This document shows positions 34,707 to 36,749 of a stretch of DNA of 36,749 nucleotides, piece after piece. The notes below the pieces were generated by a model. The model was not told the origin of the DNA. It searched no databases and saw nothing but the letters and a program-made list of their open reading frames with translations. The stretch lies in the IMG/VR virus record IMGVR_UViG_2579779084_000014. One strand, written 5' to 3'. Position 1 is the first letter of the stretch; each line of letters starts with the position of its first letter. The translations under genes were made by a program, and so were the position numbers. The stretch is from a virus. Taxonomy: Duplodnaviria; Heunggongvirae; Uroviricota; Caudoviricetes.

Positions 34707-36749
34707 TTAACGGTTGTTTGTGCCGTTTTTCTTTAAATTGCGCTCGCGTTCAGATGCGAATAAATAAAGTTCTTCTTTTTCCTTTTTCTCCGGGCGCTCC
34801 AGACCAAATCCAAAATTAAACTCAGATTTCTGCGTAATAGCCGGGGTAAGCTCGCGTTTAGCCTCTTCGATTTTCTGCGTGGCCCGTGCAATGCGGCCTC
34901 TGACGCGTTTCTCCAGTTTTTGCTCGATAACTGGTTTAGCGAAGGCATCAACCTTATTGCCGTTCCAGATGGCATCGCAGATATAAGAGCCATCAGCCCG
35001 ACGGACAATGACACTGTTTGCGTCATGAATATCGTAACTGACCCTGACTTCATTCCCGTGCTCTGCGGCCAGTTCATACGAGTAATAAATATTGTTGAAT
35101 AACTGAATTTCCCCGCGAAATGTTTTGCGCGTCACTTCCGGCCTGAACATTTCATGCAGTTCTTCCTGCGACAGAAAATCAATTTCAACATTCTGCTCTT
35201 TTATCAGTTTCCGGCGATACGCTGCCGGGCTGTAATATTCGCCATCCTCTTTGCGGGGAAGGCTGCTGTGTGGCCGGTTGTTATAGCGTCTGACCTCCAG
35301 CTCTATGGCGGCCATCAGTTGCTCAAAGGTGGGGATTTCATCCCTCGCCTTAACCTGCCGTTTTGTCAGTTCTTTCCCTTTGTGGGTGGCCTTAATGGCC
35401 GACTGCATAATCCGTTGCTGCATCATTACGGTTTCCTTGTCTGCATCCTTTGCGCAGTACGTCTGGAAACTCAGTGCCACGTCTTTGGGTATTCCTTTGT
35501 TTGCCCGTTCTATTACCCCGCGCCCCTGCGGGTTACCCGGTATCCCCGTGTGATGCTCCACACCCAGCCGGGGCAGAATCCCGGTAATATCGGCATCAAG
35601 CACCCGGTTTTTTTCGCCGCCCCCGTTATCGGAATAATAAATCAGCGGTATCCCGTGCTGTGCCATGCCGTAACGCAACGCATCAGCAACGGCTATCACG
35701 TTTTCCGACAGGGACAGTGACCAGCCCACAACAAAGCGCTGCCCCGCATCCATAACCAGCGTCACTTCTGGCCGGAAAATATTGCCGGTCAGGGGGTTAA
35801 ACGCGGTCATTTTCATACAGTGACCATCCCCGACCCATACCGCATTAACCGGTAATGATGTCCACTCGCGCCGCACAAAGGGATTGAGCGAACGCCAGGC
35901 TGAACCTGTGGAGCGGAAACGCTCCTTAACAATCACCGGGACGCTGCTTAACACTCGTCTTACTGCGTGAACTGAAGGCAGTGCCGCCAGCATTCCCGCA
36001 TCATTCGCGTGTTTCTCATGCCACCAGGCTGAAAACTCGCGATAAGCGTATTCAACGGTCGGGCGCTTCCATGAGCGATAGAACATAAAGAAATCGCTCA
36101 GCCACCAGACCTGCTCCCACGGAGTTCCCTTATGATGACCGGGAGCCAGTAACGCCAGTAACTGATTGGCATCACCGCGCGCCATCACCCAGCTGGAGTA
36201 CCAGCTATCCAGGCTGCCGGTGCTGACACCGGTTCGCTTTCCCTGACGTGCATTTGCAGTATTCGCTGCTTCGATAATGCGGTCAGGTAACGCCCCCATG
36301 CGCACACCATCAACGATGTGCTTTAACGCGGCCTTCCTGGTCATTCCGGCGTATTCACGCAGTTTATGCACTTCAGTAGCCAGCAATATCCGCGCATCAG
36401 CAATGGCCTTTTGCTTGTCGGTCAGTGCCTGGACTTCGCGTAATGCCAGTTCCGGGCATTTGACCATCACTTCCAGTTCATCGCGAACGGCGACGTTTTT
36501 AACTGCCTTCTGCTCAACCACGGCGGGCAGTTGTGCATCTTCCAGGACCTGATGAGTCAGGCGCTTACGTAAAACTTTCTGCGCTTCAGCGGGCAGGCTG
36601 TCGATGTGATACTCGAATGCTTTTGTGCCTTCACGCTTGCGCTTCCATTCCGGGTGCGTCTCTGTGATCCGATTGAGCGTCCATCGCACCCCCTGAACTG
36701 TACCGGGCAAACGAGGAAGACCGGCCAGCTCATTGGCTGAATAAAACAT
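34707..36749 (-). CDS. A: Mu-type DDE transposase (MuA-like); ORF reaches the window edge so the true start may lie beyond 36749
   Basis: 680 aa. N-terminus (ANELAGLPRLPGT...) resembles the MuA N-terminus; catalytic-core-like motifs VWVGDGH and YYSDNGGG; sits directly upstream of a MuB-like gene as in Mu. Confidence 0.85.
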   Translation of the reverse strand: MFYSANELAGLPRLPGTVQGVRWTLNRITETHPEWKRKREGTKAFEYHIDSLPAEAQKVLRKRLTHQVLEDAQLPAVVEQKAVKNVAVRDELEVMVKCPELALREVQALTDKQKAIADARILLATEVHKLREYAGMTRKAALKHIVDGVRMGALPDRIIEAANTANARQGKRTGVSTGSLDSWYSSWVMARGDANQLLALLAPGHHKGTPWEQVWWLSDFFMFYRSWKRPTVEYAYREFSAWWHEKHANDAGMLAALPSVHAVRRVLSSVPVIVKERFRSTGSAWRSLNPFVRREWTSLPVNAVWVGDGHCMKMTAFNPLTGNIFRPEVTLVMDAGQRFVVGWSLSLSENVIAVADALRYGMAQHGIPLIYYSDNGGGEKNRVLDADITGILPRLGVEHHTGIPGNPQGRGVIERANKGIPKDVALSFQTYCAKDADKETVMMQQRIMQSAIKATHKGKELTKRQVKARDEIPTFEQLMAAIELEVRRYNNRPHSSLPRKEDGEYYSPAAYRRKLIKEQNVEIDFLSQEELHEMFRPEVTRKTFRGEIQLFNNIYYSYELAAEHGNEVRVSYDIHDANSVIVRRADGSYICDAIWNGNKVDAFAKPVIEQKLEKRVRGRIARATQKIEEAKRELTPAITQKSEFNFGFGLERPEKKEKEELYLFASERERNLKKNGTNNR

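Noticed and set aside
1-36749. CRISPR array, tRNA or rRNA genes, tyrosine/serine integrase
   Set aside because: No regularly spaced direct repeats and no tRNA-like or rRNA-like sequence recognised; absence of an integrase is consistent with a transposable (Mu-type) phage.

Overview
The window is almost entirely a Mu-like transposable prophage (myovirus, Enterobacteriaceae-type) in inverted orientation, with every supported gene on the minus strand. Reading from the window end to its start: DDE transposase A and ATPase B (34.7-36.7 kb), a semi-essential early region of small genes including GemA-like and one Mor/C-family activator (28.2-33.8 kb), a lysis cassette (26.5-27.8 kb), a packaging module carrying an orphan DNA methyltransferase (23.4-26.3 kb), head genes (16.0-23.4 kb), tail sheath/tube/tape-measure (11.2-15.8 kb), baseplate genes (5.5-11.2 kb), tail fibre and its chaperone (4.1-5.5 kb), then four unassigned co-directional ORFs (1-4127), the last running off the window. 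No tRNA, rRNA, CRISPR array, integrase, invertase or reverse transcriptase was seen. The repressor/ner region and left end lie beyond 36749; the right end could not be located. The best candidate for an undescribed system is the unassigned right-arm block, but I could not assign it a function. All calls rest on reading the supplied translations and sequence by eye; no searches or computations were run, and motif coordinates may be off by 1-2 nt.
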